Below are positions 1-11,142 of a stretch of 64,000 bases of DNA, one piece after another; position 1 is the first letter of the stretch; each line of letters opens with the position of its first letter. The notes beneath the pieces are model-generated. The model was not told where the DNA came from, made no database searches, and worked only from the letters and a program-made list of their open reading frames with translations. Made by a program: the position numbers and the translations under genes. The DNA comes from an uncultured delta proteobacterium (GTDB lineage: Bacteria; Myxococcota_A; Polyangia; Polyangiales; Polyangiaceae), in NCBI GenBank assembly GCA_963850305.1, contig CAWKKR010000008.1, forward strand, positions 1,536,001 through 1,600,000, read 5' to 3'.

Positions 1-3000
1 CGGGCGCGTGCGGCGACGGCGTTTGCCGCCTGGGCGCGTGCGGCGACGGAAAGGTCGACGGCAACGAGAGCGACGTCGACTGCGGCGGCGGCGCTTGTGC
101 GACGTGCGCCGACGGCAAGACGTGCGCGCATGCGACGGACTGTACGAGCGGGATCTGCAACGCCGGCACTTGCCAGACCCCGACGTGCAGCGACGGAGCG
201 AAGAACGGCGCCGAGACCGACGTCGACTGCGGCGGCGGAACCTGCGCGGGCTGCGCCGCAGGCAAGACCTGCAACGTACCGATGGACTGCGCGGCGGGCG
301 CGTGCGTCGGAGGGGTGTGCCAGGGGTCCGGGTGCTCCGACGGCGTGAAGGACGGCAACGAGACGGACAAGGACTGCGGCGGCGGGAGCTGCCCGCCGTG
401 CGGCGCCAACGCCGCGTGCCTCTCCGGCGCGGATTGCGCGAGCGACGTGTGCACCAGCGGGATCTGCGCGGCCGCGACGTGCAGCGACGGCGTGAAGAAC
501 GGCAACGAGACGGACCAGGACTGCGGCGGCTTCTGCGCGCCGTGCGCGCTCGGCAAGGGGTGCAGGTTCGGGGGCGACTGCGCGAGCGCCACCTGCGTCG
601 ACTCGAAGTGCGCCGCGCCGTCGTGCACCGACGGCATCATGAACGGCACGGAGACGGGGACGGATTGCGGCGGCACCTGCCCCGGCTGCGCCATCGGCCT
701 CGGGTGCAACGTGGAAGCGGACTGCGTGCCCGGCGCGCGGTGCGTGAGCGACGTGTGCGCGGGACCCTCCTGCACGGATCAGGTGCAAGACGGCGCGGAG
801 ACCGGCGTCGATTGCGGCGGCACGTGCCATGGCTGCGCGCCCGGCGGCGGTTGCGAGACCAGCTCCGATTGCCAGAGCGGCGTGTGCGGCAACAACGGCC
901 TGTGCCGCGCGCCGAGCTGCTCGGACGGCATCAAGAACGGCGACGAGACGGACCAGGATTGCGGCGGGAGCTGCCCTCCGTGCGCAGAGGGGCTGTTGTG
1001 CGCCGCCGCAGCGGATTGCGCGTCCGCGGTGTGCGCGGGCAGCGTGTGCTCCGCGCCGACCTGCACGGACCAGACGAAGAACGGCGCGGAGACGGACGTC
1101 GACTGCGGCGGCACGTCGTGCGGGCGCTGCGCGAACGGCAAGGCGTGCGTGCTCGCGAGCGACTGCACGTCGGGCGTCTGCACGGACGGCCTCTGCCAGG
1201 CTCCGACGTGCACGGACACCGTGAAGAACGGGAACGAAACGGACGTGGATTGCGGCGGAAGCTGCGGGCCGTGCTCGACCGGCGAGAAGTGCGCGACCGG
1301 AACCGATTGCACTACGGCGTTCTGCGCGTCGAGCGGCACCTGCGCCGCGCCGGGGTGCGGCGACGGCATCAAGAACGGCACCGAGACGGACAAGGACTGC
1401 GGCGGAGCGAGCTGCCCCGCGTGCGCCGACTACGACAAGTGCGTCGTCGCGGGCGACTGCGTGAGCAAGGATTGCGCGAGCGGCGTCTGCCGGCCCGCCA
1501 CTTGTTCCGACGGGATCGAGAACGGGCTCGAATCCTCCGTCGATTGCGGCGGCGGCACTTGCTCGGCCTGCACCGACGGCGCGACGTGCAACGGACCCGG
1601 CGACTGCACGAGCGACGTGTGCAACGTGACGTGCCAGACCGCGACGTGCTCTGACTTCGTCGAGAACGGCGGGGAGACGGACGTCGATTGCGGCGGTCCG
1701 ATTTGTTCGCCGTGCAGCAGCGGCCAGGCGTGCAAGGCGCCGAGCGACTGCAGGAGCCGCGTGTGCACCGGCTCGGTGTGTCAGACGCCAACGTGCACGG
1801 ACAAGGTGAAGAACGGCAACGAGGCGGACGTCGACTGCGGCCCGGGCTGCGCTCCGTGCTCGGTCGGCGCGACGTGCACGCTCGGCACCGATTGCGCGAG
1901 CGGGTCGTGCGCGGGCGGTACCTGTCAGGTGCCGACCTGCACCGATGGCGTGAAGAACGGCACGGAGACCGACGTCGACTGCGGCGGCACCAGCTGCGGC
2001 CCGTGCGCGACGGGCAAGAGCTGCGGGGCAGCGGGGGATTGCACGAGCAAGGTGTGCACGGTGACGTGTCAGGCTCCGACGTGCACGGACGGCGTGAAGA
2101 ACGGGACGGAGAGCGACGTCGACTGCGGCGGCTCGTGCGCGCCGTGCAGCACCGCCGGCAAGTGCAACGTCGCGACGGACTGCGCGAGCCTCGTGTGCAC
2201 GGCGGGCAAGTGCGTGGCCGCGAGTTGCTCGGACGGTATCAAGAACGGCTCCGAGACGGCGGTGGACTGCGGCGGCAGCGGGGGGTGCGCCAAGTGCGCG
2301 TCCGGCAAGACGTGCCTCGTCGCGGGCGACTGCTCGAGTAACCTCTGCGCGAGCGGCGTTTGCTCGACGGCCTCGTGCAGCGACAGCGTGAAGAACGGCT
2401 CGGAGAGCGACGTCGACTGCGGCGGCTCGTGCCCGAAGTGCGCGACCGGCAAGGTCTGCGGCCAGGCGTCGGACTGCTCGAGCGCGGTGTGCACCTCCGG
2501 AAAGTGCCAGGCGCCGTCGTGCACGGACGGCGTGAAGAACGGCACCGAGGGCGACGTGGACTGCGGCGGCACGTGCGCCGCGTGCGCGCCGAACCGGACG
2601 TGCAATGCCGGCACCGATTGCACGAGCAAGCTCTGCACGTCCGGGACGTGCACGACGCCCTCGTGCACGGACACCGTGCAGAACGGGAACGAGACGGACG
2701 TCGACTGCGGCGGCACGGCTTGCGGCCCCTGCGCGTCGGGGAAGAAGTGCGTCGCAGCGGGCGATTGCAGCACCGGGGTCTGCACGAGCGGCGTGTGCCA
2801 AACCGCGAGCTGCAGCGACGGCGTGCAGAACGGCGCGGAGACGGACAAGGATTGCGGCGGAGGCACGTGCGGCGCGTGCGCGAACGGCAAGAAGTGCATC
2901 GGCGGGAGCGACTGCACGAGCACCTATTGCTCGGGAGGAGTGTGCACCCAGCCCGGCTGCAACGACGGCGTCAAGAACGGGACCGAGACCGACGTCGACT

Positions 3001-6000
3001 GCGGCGGCTCGGCCTGCGCGCCCTGTCCCAACGGCGAAAAGTGCGTCATCGGGACCGACTGCACGAGCTCGAGCTGCCAGGGCAACGTGTGCCAGGCTCC
3101 GACGTGCACGGACGGGATCAAGAACGGCGCGGAGACCGGCGTCGATTGCGGCGCGGGCGCCTGTCCCCTCTGCGGAACCGGGAGCGGCTGCGCGAGCGGC
3201 GTCAACTGCACGAGCGGCGTCTGCGTGACGAGCCTCTGCCAGGCCCCGGCGTGCAACGACGGAGTGAAGAACGGCGCGGAGACGAGCGTCGATTGCGGCG
3301 GCGGGACCTGCCCGGCTTGCGGCCCCGGCAGCGCGTGCGCGGTGGCGGGCGACTGCGCGAGCCTCGTGTGCACGAGCCTCGTGTGCCAGGCCCCCACTTG
3401 CGCCGACGGGATCAAGAACGGCACCGAGTCCGCGACGGACTGCGGCGGCGCGACGTGCGGCGCGTGCTCGAACGGCAAGACTTGTAACTCGGCAACGACT
3501 GCACGAGCAAAGTGTGCAACGTGACGTGCCAGGCGCCCACCTGCTCGGACAAGGTGGAGAACGGGACCGAGACCGGCGTCGACTGCGGCGGACCGAACTG
3601 CGCGAAGTGCGGGAGCGGACAGGGCTGCTCCGGCAACTCGGATTGCCAGAGCGGTCTCTGCTCGTCCGGCGTGTGCCAGGCGCCGGGCTGCTCCGACGGA
3701 ATCAAGAACGGTACCGAGACGGACATCGATTGCGGCGGCACCTGCTCACCCTGCCCGAGCGGGAAGGGGTGCGGCGTGCCCGCGGACTGCCAGAGCGACG
3801 TCTGCACGTCGAGCGTGTGCCAGGCGCCGTCGTGCACGGACGGCGTGAAGAACGGCACCGAATCCGACGTGGACTGCGGCGGCTCGTGCGCCGCGTGCTC
3901 GCTCGGGTCGTCGTGCTCGCTCGGCTCGGATTGCTTCAGCACGACGTGCGCGGGCGGCGTGTGCCGACCGAGGCCCGAGCAAGTGTGCACCGCGCAGCTC
4001 CAGGCTTGCGCCATCACCGACGGCGGGCGCGTCCTGTGCTGGGGCGACGACGGGTACGGCACCCTCGGTTACGGCGCAGAGCGTCGACTATCGCACCGCG
4101 CCGATCTACGTGAACGGGCTCACGGACGCGGTGCAGATTTCCTGCTCGGTGCGCGGCAATCACGTCTGCGCCGCCCGCGCGAACGGCGGGGCCGTGTGCT
4201 GGGGACACAACGGCTCGGGTCAGCTCGGCGACGGCTCGACCGTCGATCGCTACGCGCCCGTCTCGGTGACGGGGCTCACCGGAGTCTCCGAGGTCAGCGC
4301 CGGCTCGGACTTCAGCTGCGCGCTCCTCGCGACGGGCAGCGTTTACTGCTGGGGCGACGGCGCGAACGGGCGGCTCGGGCACGGCAACACGACGAGCAGC
4401 CCGACGCCGGTGCCCGTCGTTGCCGGCGACACGGGATCGGGAAACCTGACGGGCGCGGTGTTCCTCGCGAGCGGCACCGCGCACTCGTGCGCCGTGCTCG
4501 GCTCCGCGGAGAGCGGCCGTGTCGTGTGCTGGGGTTACGGCGCGAACGGGCGGCTCGGCAGCGGCGGAACCGGCGATCAAGCGTCGCCGGGTTTCGTACA
4601 CGGGATCGGCAACGCGGGGACCTGCACGGCGGCGAATCCCTCGGGGTGCTTCTCTAACGCCGTGATGGACGCGGCTGGAGACGACACGACACTCGCGATT
4701 CAAAAGGGTGGAGCCGCGTCGAGCTTCGGCAACAACGTCTATGGAGAGAGCGGCAACGGCTCCGGCGGTAATTTCCCGCTGCGCGTGACCGGCGTGAATG
4801 GCACCGGCACCTTCAACGACGCCGAGTGGGTTCAGATGGGCTGGAACCACGGGTGCGGCGTGAGCCGCTCGGCGGGGGGAGTGTGCTGGGGCGCCGCGAG
4901 CTACGGCAGGCTCGGCGACGCCGCGGGACCCGGCACCAACGAGCCCGCGCCGGTACCCGTCGTGAACGGCGCCACTTACACGCAAATAGACGGCGGCGAC
5001 GAGTTCTCGTGCGGACTTTTGTCCGCGGGCAACGTGCGCTGCTGGGGTCACAACTGGCAAGGTCAGATCGGCGACGGCACCCTGACGGACGAACAGAACC
5101 CGGTCGACGTGTCCGGCGGGCGTAACCTCGTCGCGGGCGACTCGGGCTTCGACCACACGTGCGTCGTGAGCTCGACCGGCGGCGTCTACTGCGCGGGCTG
5201 GAACGCCGACGCGCAGCTCGGCACGAGCGACACGAACGATCGCTGGGGCGTCTCCGCAGTCCAGGGCATCAGCGACGCCACCGACGTCGCGAGCGAGCAG
5301 TACGGGACGTGCGCGCTCCACCAGAGCGGCGGCGTCGCGTGCTGGGGTTACGACGGCGACGGCGAGAACGGCGACGGCACCATCGGCAGTCCCACGGTGC
5401 GCCTGACGACGATCGACGTCGTCGGAGTGACCAACGCCGTGCAGATCTCGGGTGGCGCGCTCCACACGTGTGCCTTGGTCGACCCACCGCCCGTCGGAGA
5501 CGGCGTCACCCAGGTCTGGTGCTGGGGCTCGAACGCTTCCGGTCAGCTCGGCGACGGCACCACGACGAACCGTGCCGACGCCCGTGCAGGTGCACGGCAT
5601 CGGCGGGACGGGGATGCTCGTCGACGCCGTCGCGATCGGCGTCGGATGGTCGCACTCGTGCGCGGTGCGCTCGAACGGCGAGGTCGTATGCTGGGGCGCG
5701 AACGGCTCCGGTCAGCTCGGCGACAACACGCTCACCGAGCGCATGTACCCGGTGACGGTGAGGGACGTCACGGGTCTCGTGAACCTCGAAGGGATCAAGC
5801 GGCGGCGCGCACGTCATCGACGGCGGCGCGAACTTCACCTGCGCGGTGGCGACGAACGGGTACGCCTACTGCTGGGGCGACGCGACCTACGGCGAGCTCG
5901 GCAACGGCTTCACCGGCGTATCGAAGGTCCCGGTCCAGGTCGTGGGGTACACGGACTTCGTGAAGATCTCCGCGGCGAGCGACACGGCGGGACACGCCTG

Positions 6001-6309
6001 CGGAGTGCGCTCCGGGGGACAGGTCGTGTGCTGGGGTTACAACGGCAACGGCGCGCTCGGCGACGAGACCACGACGCAGAGGAACTCACCGGTACTCGTG
6101 CACCTCACCCAGGCGAGCACGTATTACGGCAACGCGGATCTCGACGAGCCCTGCGATCCTGCGTTTCGACGGGCCGCTATCACGCGCTCGCGATCCATCA
6201 GAACGGAACCGCGAGCGCCTGGGGCTACGACGCGAACGGACGTCTCGGCGACGGGTGGATCGCCCAAGAGCTCCTCCCGGTCGCCGTCGGTCAACGGCCG
6301 AAGAACTGA
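1..6309 (+). CDS. Giant secreted/surface protein, 5' end outside the window: at least 27 Cys-rich repeats followed by about 14 RCC1/BLIP-II-like repeats; apparent frameshifts near 3492, 4078, 5575, 5800 and 6160
   Basis: The frame is open from base 3. ORFs 282-3524 and 3512-4657 give C-x-DG-x-KNG-x-ETD-x-DCGG repeats. ORFs 4110-5963, 5452-6309 and 5846-6601 give successive 'CWG-x-N-x-x-GQLGDG' RCC1-type repeats that continue across frame switches. Confidence 0.85.
30..3970 (+). repeat. Intragenic tandem repeat, about 144-150 bp (48-50 aa) per unit, 27 copies in the window
   Basis: D-C-G(G) motifs counted at regular spacing from about 75 to about 3872. Confidence 0.9.
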
Positions 6310-6386
6310 GCGGCATCGTCGACGGGCGACGCGCAACGGCCGGGCATCAGCCCACGACGATGCCCCCCGTGGCGATCCGGAATCTG

Positions 6387-6582
6387 GTCGAGAGCGCCTT
6401 CGACGGTCGGCCCGGCGTGACGATCACCGCGCCGCTCTCCTCCGCCCGAAACCGCGCCGAGCACCGCCATCTCCCTGGGGCAACGCCCCCATGCCCGTCT
6501 CAAACCCCCCCCCGCGCCCGCCAATCGCTGCCGCCCCAGGCCGTCCTGCGTCGACCGGACCCGGTTCGATTTACCTACGCGC
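6387..6582 (+). mobile_element. IS91/ISCR-like remnant 1: short transposase fragment joined to the subterminal sequence and oriIS-like end
   Basis: 6387-6440 (FDGRPGVTITAPLS) matches 11350-11403. About 6480-6515 matches about 11520-11553. 6523-6582 is identical to 24015-24074 and ends GGTTCGATTTACCTACGCGC, which resembles the ISCR oriIS motif GTTTGAACTTCCTATAC. Confidence 0.7.
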
Positions 6583-7304
6583 AGACGCACTGCGAATGTG
6601 ACCAATTTTATTGGGCATTGACGACCCCGCTTTCCCCGCTTCGTCGATGTCGGGCTGAAGGCAAACGCGCAGCCCACAGGTGCCGTCGCAGGCGAGAGCC
6701 CGCTGGATCGCCTCCGGCGCTGCACCCGAGGGCGATCACCGTCGCTAGAATGACGAAACCGACGCACCATCGGGTCGTATTCAGCTACTGGTCCGGATCG
6801 AGTCTTCCTTCAGGGAAATCGTTCGGCCACTCACGACGCTGCGCGGCGTCGTCTTTAGTGTCGCTACGGACCCCCATGTTGGCCCTCGAAGTGGCCGTGG
6901 TCGTATTCGAGCGTACCGAATGGCTTCGTCTTCGCGCTACGGCCCCACCGTTCCATTCACGACCGTGCTCGACGGAAGGTCGAACTCGATCGCGAGGTTG
7001 TTGAATGGTGTTCCACAGCGACACGCGCGAAGTATGACCACGGGCGCGACGACCACTGCCGAGACCCACGGGTCGTAGGTGCAAATCGCCCTGAACGAGA
7101 AAGGCCCTGAATCTTCATGGCCTTTCTTCCTCTTCGTTGCGCGGGGGCGATTCACCCGCTGTACCACTCCGTTGAGGAGACCTTTCGGGTTGCGCTAGCG
7201 GTGGGCACATGAAAATCCGTCAGTGCTGGTATTCGCTCTCATGCTCATGCGCGCCGGCGGCGGTTCGTGACCGACGCAGGCCGCTCGCCCCGCAAGCGCC
7301 GCGA

Positions 7305-8129
7305 TCAGCAGTTCCTAAGGACCGTCGGCGTGGCCGCAGTCGTGGGATGCAGGTCCCCACTGGGAGGAGGACGGTCAAGGAAGAGCGCAATGTCCGCGAG
7401 CAGCGATCTGAGAAACCGCGTGTGAGCCGAGTTCTGTGAAACGACAGCATGCAGGTCCAGAACGCCAAGCGCGTCTTTCCCTTGGCGAGTCTCGCGGTAC
7501 CGCGTCGCCTCCGTAGGGTCGAGCAGGTACTGCAAGTACGCCTTCGGATGGTGCTCTCGTCCGGACCTTCGCGCCCAGGATCTTCCCGGCCCCGCTGCCA
7601 AGTACGTTGGGTCCCGAACCATAAAGTACTCAAGATCAGTCCCAGATTGGAGGAGTGGGGAAGCGCCTGTTCCGGCGGCGGCGAGACACGCCGGGTCGCT
7701 GAAGAAGTAGGCTTCGGGCATCGGTGAAAGGAGGTGGAACGACGCACGCTCTGACAGTCTGCGACGTGCTCGCGCACGGCGCTCTTCACTAGGCCAGTGA
7801 GAGGCGACGTGGCGAGCGACCGCCCCTGCGAAGATCGAACACACGGCGTCTGGCTGGAATATGTTGGCAAGTTCGAGGTCTTCGATTGCGATCGCCATGT
7901 CCGCTGCCTGCCCCGAGCGCCCTGGATCAACAGCGGCGACAAGCGCAGCGGCGAACTTATCCACCAACGCGGGGACACTCGCAGCCGGGGCCGCACTCAC
8001 GGGAGAGGACGTGAAGCTGCTAACGCGCTGAGCGACGAAGGTCGCCTCGGGGAACGCTCGCGTGAGGGCTGCCGGCAACGCAACCTTTTCGAGCTCGCCC
8101 GAGACGATCAGCGCGATACACGGCATCAA
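7305..8129 (-). CDS. DUF4276-like / TOPRIM-like protein, partner of the ABC ATPase
   Basis: N-terminal 'IALIVSGELEK', acidic 'IEDLE', then 'PMPEAYFF', 'HHPKAYL' and 'YRETRQG'. Starts 10 bp downstream of the ATPase stop. Family assigned by motif recall. Confidence 0.65.
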   Translation of the reverse strand: MMPCIALIVSGELEKVALPAALTRAFPEATFVAQRVSSFTSSPVSAAPAASVPALVDKFAAALVAAVDPGRSGQAADMAIAIEDLELANIFQPDAVCSIFAGAVARHVASHWPSEERRARARRRLSERASFHLLSPMPEAYFFSDPACLAAAGTGASPLLQSGTDLEYFMVRDPTYLAAGPGRSWARRSGREHHPKAYLQYLLDPTEATRYRETRQGKDALGVLDLHAVVSQNSAHTRFLRSLLADIALFLDRPPPSGDLHPTTAATPTVLRNC

Positions 8130-8139
8130 GCCAGCACAG

Positions 8140-9360
8140 CTAGTGACTGGGCTCAGTTGACTGCGCGCCGAATTCGCCGCTCGCGTAGAGATCGCCTAGA
8201 CTGAAGTGCGCCAGCCATTCCGGGTCTCGTAGTTCGTCGATCCTGATGGGTACGGTCTTCGAGCGCGCATCCATGACGAGAAGCCGTGCGGGGTCGTCCC
8301 GAAATTCGTCAAGCAGGATGGGTGAATGAGTCGCAAAGATCGCCGACACTGACTGTTCCGTCGTCCATGCGCGGATGTGATCGAGGAGAGCTCGAATGGC
8401 GTACGGATGAAGCGAGTTTTCGAACTCGTCGATGGCTAGCGCCCCCCCTGGAGGGACACTCGCGACCGCGCTGAGGTGCAGCGCCGCGGTGAGCAAGCCG
8501 TCGGGAGCAAAGTAGGCCCCGATGGATTGAGTCACGCGGGGAATGAAGATTCGGGCAGAAATGGTCTGACCAGCCGACTCGAACTCGATCTCCTCGAACA
8601 AATCGGGAAACGCCGATTTGAGCCCAGCGATCACGAACTCCCACTTCGGGCGCGTCGCGCGCGCGTCACGCCAGTTTCTCAGCACGGACCAGACGTTGGT
8701 GCCGTCGCGGTCCAGCTCGAGGTCGGAGGATATGTTGGAGCCGTTCACCCTTAGCGAACGCAGTAGGTAGCCCCCGTGCATCCGGTAGCTCTTTAGCGGC
8801 GCCAGAATTGGTGCGACGGCCTCGGCAGCCTGCTCCAGAACGAGCTTCATCTCCGGTGATTCCTGATTCCCTCGGGTCCCGAGCTGAAGCTTCGGTGGCG
8901 AGTTGCTCCGCCGCTGCTGCCGAGCCAATTGCTGGAGCAGAACGGCGTGATTCCCGGTTAGTCCTGGTGGAAGCACCGGTTGAGCGGGTGTTGGCGCCAG
9001 AAGAAATTGCTTTTCACCGATTTCGATCCTGTGCGACTGACCGAATTCGGCTCCTCGCGGCCGAAGTTCGAGGCTCCAACGAAACTCCCCTTCGACGACC
9101 TCGAGCAAGGCGAATTCCGCGCCCGGTGATCGCAGATTGACGAGCGTCCCCGGGCCTCCATGCGAATCGACCGCAACCCGAGTGCCTTTTTCGATGGCAT
9201 CCCGGAGGAGGGAGGGGACCTCCAGCAACGTCGTTTTGCCCGAACCGTTGGGACCGACGAGCAACGACACGCCCGGCTCGAGCGACCAGGCTGCGGACGC
9301 CAGCCCGCGGTAGTTCTGAGCGCGAATCGTCAGCGGCACGACCTTGAGTGTAGGCTCCAT
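8140..9360 (-). CDS. AAA_21/AAA_15-type soluble ABC ATPase
   Basis: Walker A GPNGSGKTT, signature-like 'APDG', Walker B/D-loop 'LAIDEFENSLHP', H-loop 'FATHSP', C-terminal 'FSLGDLYASGEFG'. No transmembrane partner. ATG at 9360; the ORF is open to 9378. Confidence 0.9.
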   Translation of the reverse strand: MEPTLKVVPLTIRAQNYRGLASAAWSLEPGVSLLVGPNGSGKTTLLEVPSLLRDAIEKGTRVAVDSHGGPGTLVNLRSPGAEFALLEVVEGEFRWSLELRPRGAEFGQSHRIEIGEKQFLLAPTPAQPVLPPGLTGNHAVLLQQLARQQRRSNSPPKLQLGTRGNQESPEMKLVLEQAAEAVAPILAPLKSYRMHGGYLLRSLRVNGSNISSDLELDRDGTNVWSVLRNWRDARATRPKWEFVIAGLKSAFPDLFEEIEFESAGQTISARIFIPRVTQSIGAYFAPDGLLTAALHLSAVASVPPGGALAIDEFENSLHPYAIRALLDHIRAWTTEQSVSAIFATHSPILLDEFRDDPARLLVMDARSKTVPIRIDELRDPEWLAHFSLGDLYASGEFGAQSTEPSH

Positions 9361-9646
9361 TTGCTCCGTCAACAACACAGACGAAAGCAGGAGCCGTGCC
9401 AGCGTCGGCGGAGGACGGCGGCCGCGGCTGGTTTTAGGCTGAACCAGTCCGCGGCGTTATCGAGACGACCGGAGAGGGCACAGACTTTGGGGGACCGACG
9501 CAGCGAACACGCCGTGCACGGCGCTGAAGCTCGAATGGGACCTGCGCGGTCCGCGGCGATGAGGGCGATCTCGCGCACCCGAGAGTCGTCGGGGGATTCA
9601 TCCGACAGGCCCATGAAGGCGTCCGGAGCTCCGCGGGGGCCGCCGG

Positions 9647-9772
9647 TCACTGAGCCCCGATGGAATCCAGGATCTCGTCCCTAAAACTTTGCGCGACCGG
9701 AGCGCCACGGGCCACCAACACGGCGAGCAACTGCTCGAACGGCACGCGATACGTGTTGTCTGATGAGATCCG
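9647..9772 (-). pseudogene. Orphan 3' gene tail, a diverged copy of 10040-10165
   Basis: RISSDNTYRVPFEQLLAVLVARGAPVAQSFRDEILDSIGAQ* versus RVTSDDTYRVPFERLLAILVARGFPIAQSFRDEVLDSVGAR*; 31 of 41 residues identical. Confidence 0.7.
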
Positions 9773-10039
9773 CGAGTGCCTCCGCAAGGCGCTGCGCAGC
9801 CGGGTGAAGCAGCCCTGCCGTGCTGCATAGTCCGCGTTCAATTGCTCGCCGTTGTGCCTCGCGCAGCGCCGGGTGCTGGTCTTCCGCTCCGGTGACCGAC
9901 AGAAAATCGCTCTCCGAGTCGCCGAACCGCGCGAGGAGGACCCGCCAAGACGAATCGGTGGCGCGCGGCGGCGCGGAAGCAGTCGTTGCGGGTGTGGGCG
10001 CGAAAGCCCATGTTCCGCCGCGCCCGTCGACGTTGTGAG

Positions 10040-10470
10040 TCACCGAGCCCCGACGGAGTCGAGGACTTCGTCCCTGAAGCTCTGTGCGATCGGAAAGCCG
10101 CGGGCTACCAGGATGGCTAGCAATCGCTCGAACGGGACGCGATACGTGTCGTCTGAGGTGACGCGCCCGTGCTCTCGTTTCCAGGCTGCACGAAGCACGT
10201 CGACCAGCGCGTCCTGTATCGACGTCCTGTCGGACCATGCGCCTTTGCGAAACTGGGCTACCGCATCACTCGTCCAGAGCAGACCGGGGAGCAGAAGTCC
10301 GGCGCCGACATCTCCCGTGATGAATCGGGCGAACCCCTCCACGACCATGGGTATCCGGAACCATCGCTGCGCGGCGCGATTGAAGGTTGGGGCTAGTTCT
10401 GACAGCGTCGAACTCCATTCCGGCCTGCTTGAGAGGGAGTTCTTCGCCCACCTCGGTTGCGCGAGTGCTC
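10040..10470 (-). pseudogene. C-terminal remnant of a larger helical protein, 5'-truncated
   Basis: A protein-like frame runs from an in-frame TGA near 10470 (QPRWAKNSLSSRPEWSSTLSELAPTFNRAAQRWFRIPMVVEGF...) to the stop at 10040. No credible start. Confidence 0.5.
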
Positions 10471-11142
10471 ACATCACCCTCAGGAGATGAGGGCGGGGAT
10501 TTCGGCAGTACTTTGCACTGATCCGGCCTCGGTAGCTTCCTCGTGTCGGGCCCCGGCCGAGGCGCTCCGGCAGTTGCTGCGCGAGGAGTTGCAGGCGATC
10601 AGCGACAGCTACGGTGACGAAGTGCTCGTCAACGGCGACCCGCACAAGCGCCGACCGGGTGCTCGTTGCTGGATCAGAGCAGCTGTCCTCCCGCAGCGAT
10701 GGTGACCCTGACACCGGCGCCCTCTTCGAGCTCTTCGCCCCCTTGCAACCGCAGTCGTGTCCGGTTTCGGGGTCGGCACTCCCATGCTGCTTTACGCCGA
10801 ACGTCTGTGGACTCGACTTTGGAAGCGGCTGCGTCGAGGGGCCGTAGAAGCGACCGTTTGGCCTCCTGGTCCCACGGCTGTCCGAACAGCGCCTCGTAGC
10901 GTCGCCGGCAGTCTTCCGCAACAGCGCGCTCCTGCTCGGGGCGCGTCTTATGACGCCGTACGTCGTCGCGTGTCATTGTGGGATCCACCAGAAGAATTGA
11001 CCCGGCGCTCGCGTCGCCGCAACCTCCCGAATTTGGGGCGAGGTTCAGACGACGACCCATTGCATGCGCTCAGGCCGGGGCCCAGCCTTGGCGTCGGCGG
11101 TTTCTGACTGAGACGGGCACAACAGCAACTGGTCACAGCTTG

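Noticed and set aside
8..3487. Long Arg-rich alternative-frame ORFs (8-1654, 2360-3487) and antisense ORFs over the Cys repeats
   Set aside because: Shadow ORFs caused by high GC3 codon bias of the real frame.
6600..7300. Small ORFs or an ncRNA between the oriIS-like end and the DUF4276-like gene
   Set aside because: No recognisable motif, convincing start or clear structure.
9647..10165. Diversity-generating retroelement TR/VR pair
   Set aside because: Differences are not adenine-specific, many are synonymous, and there is no reverse transcriptase in the window.
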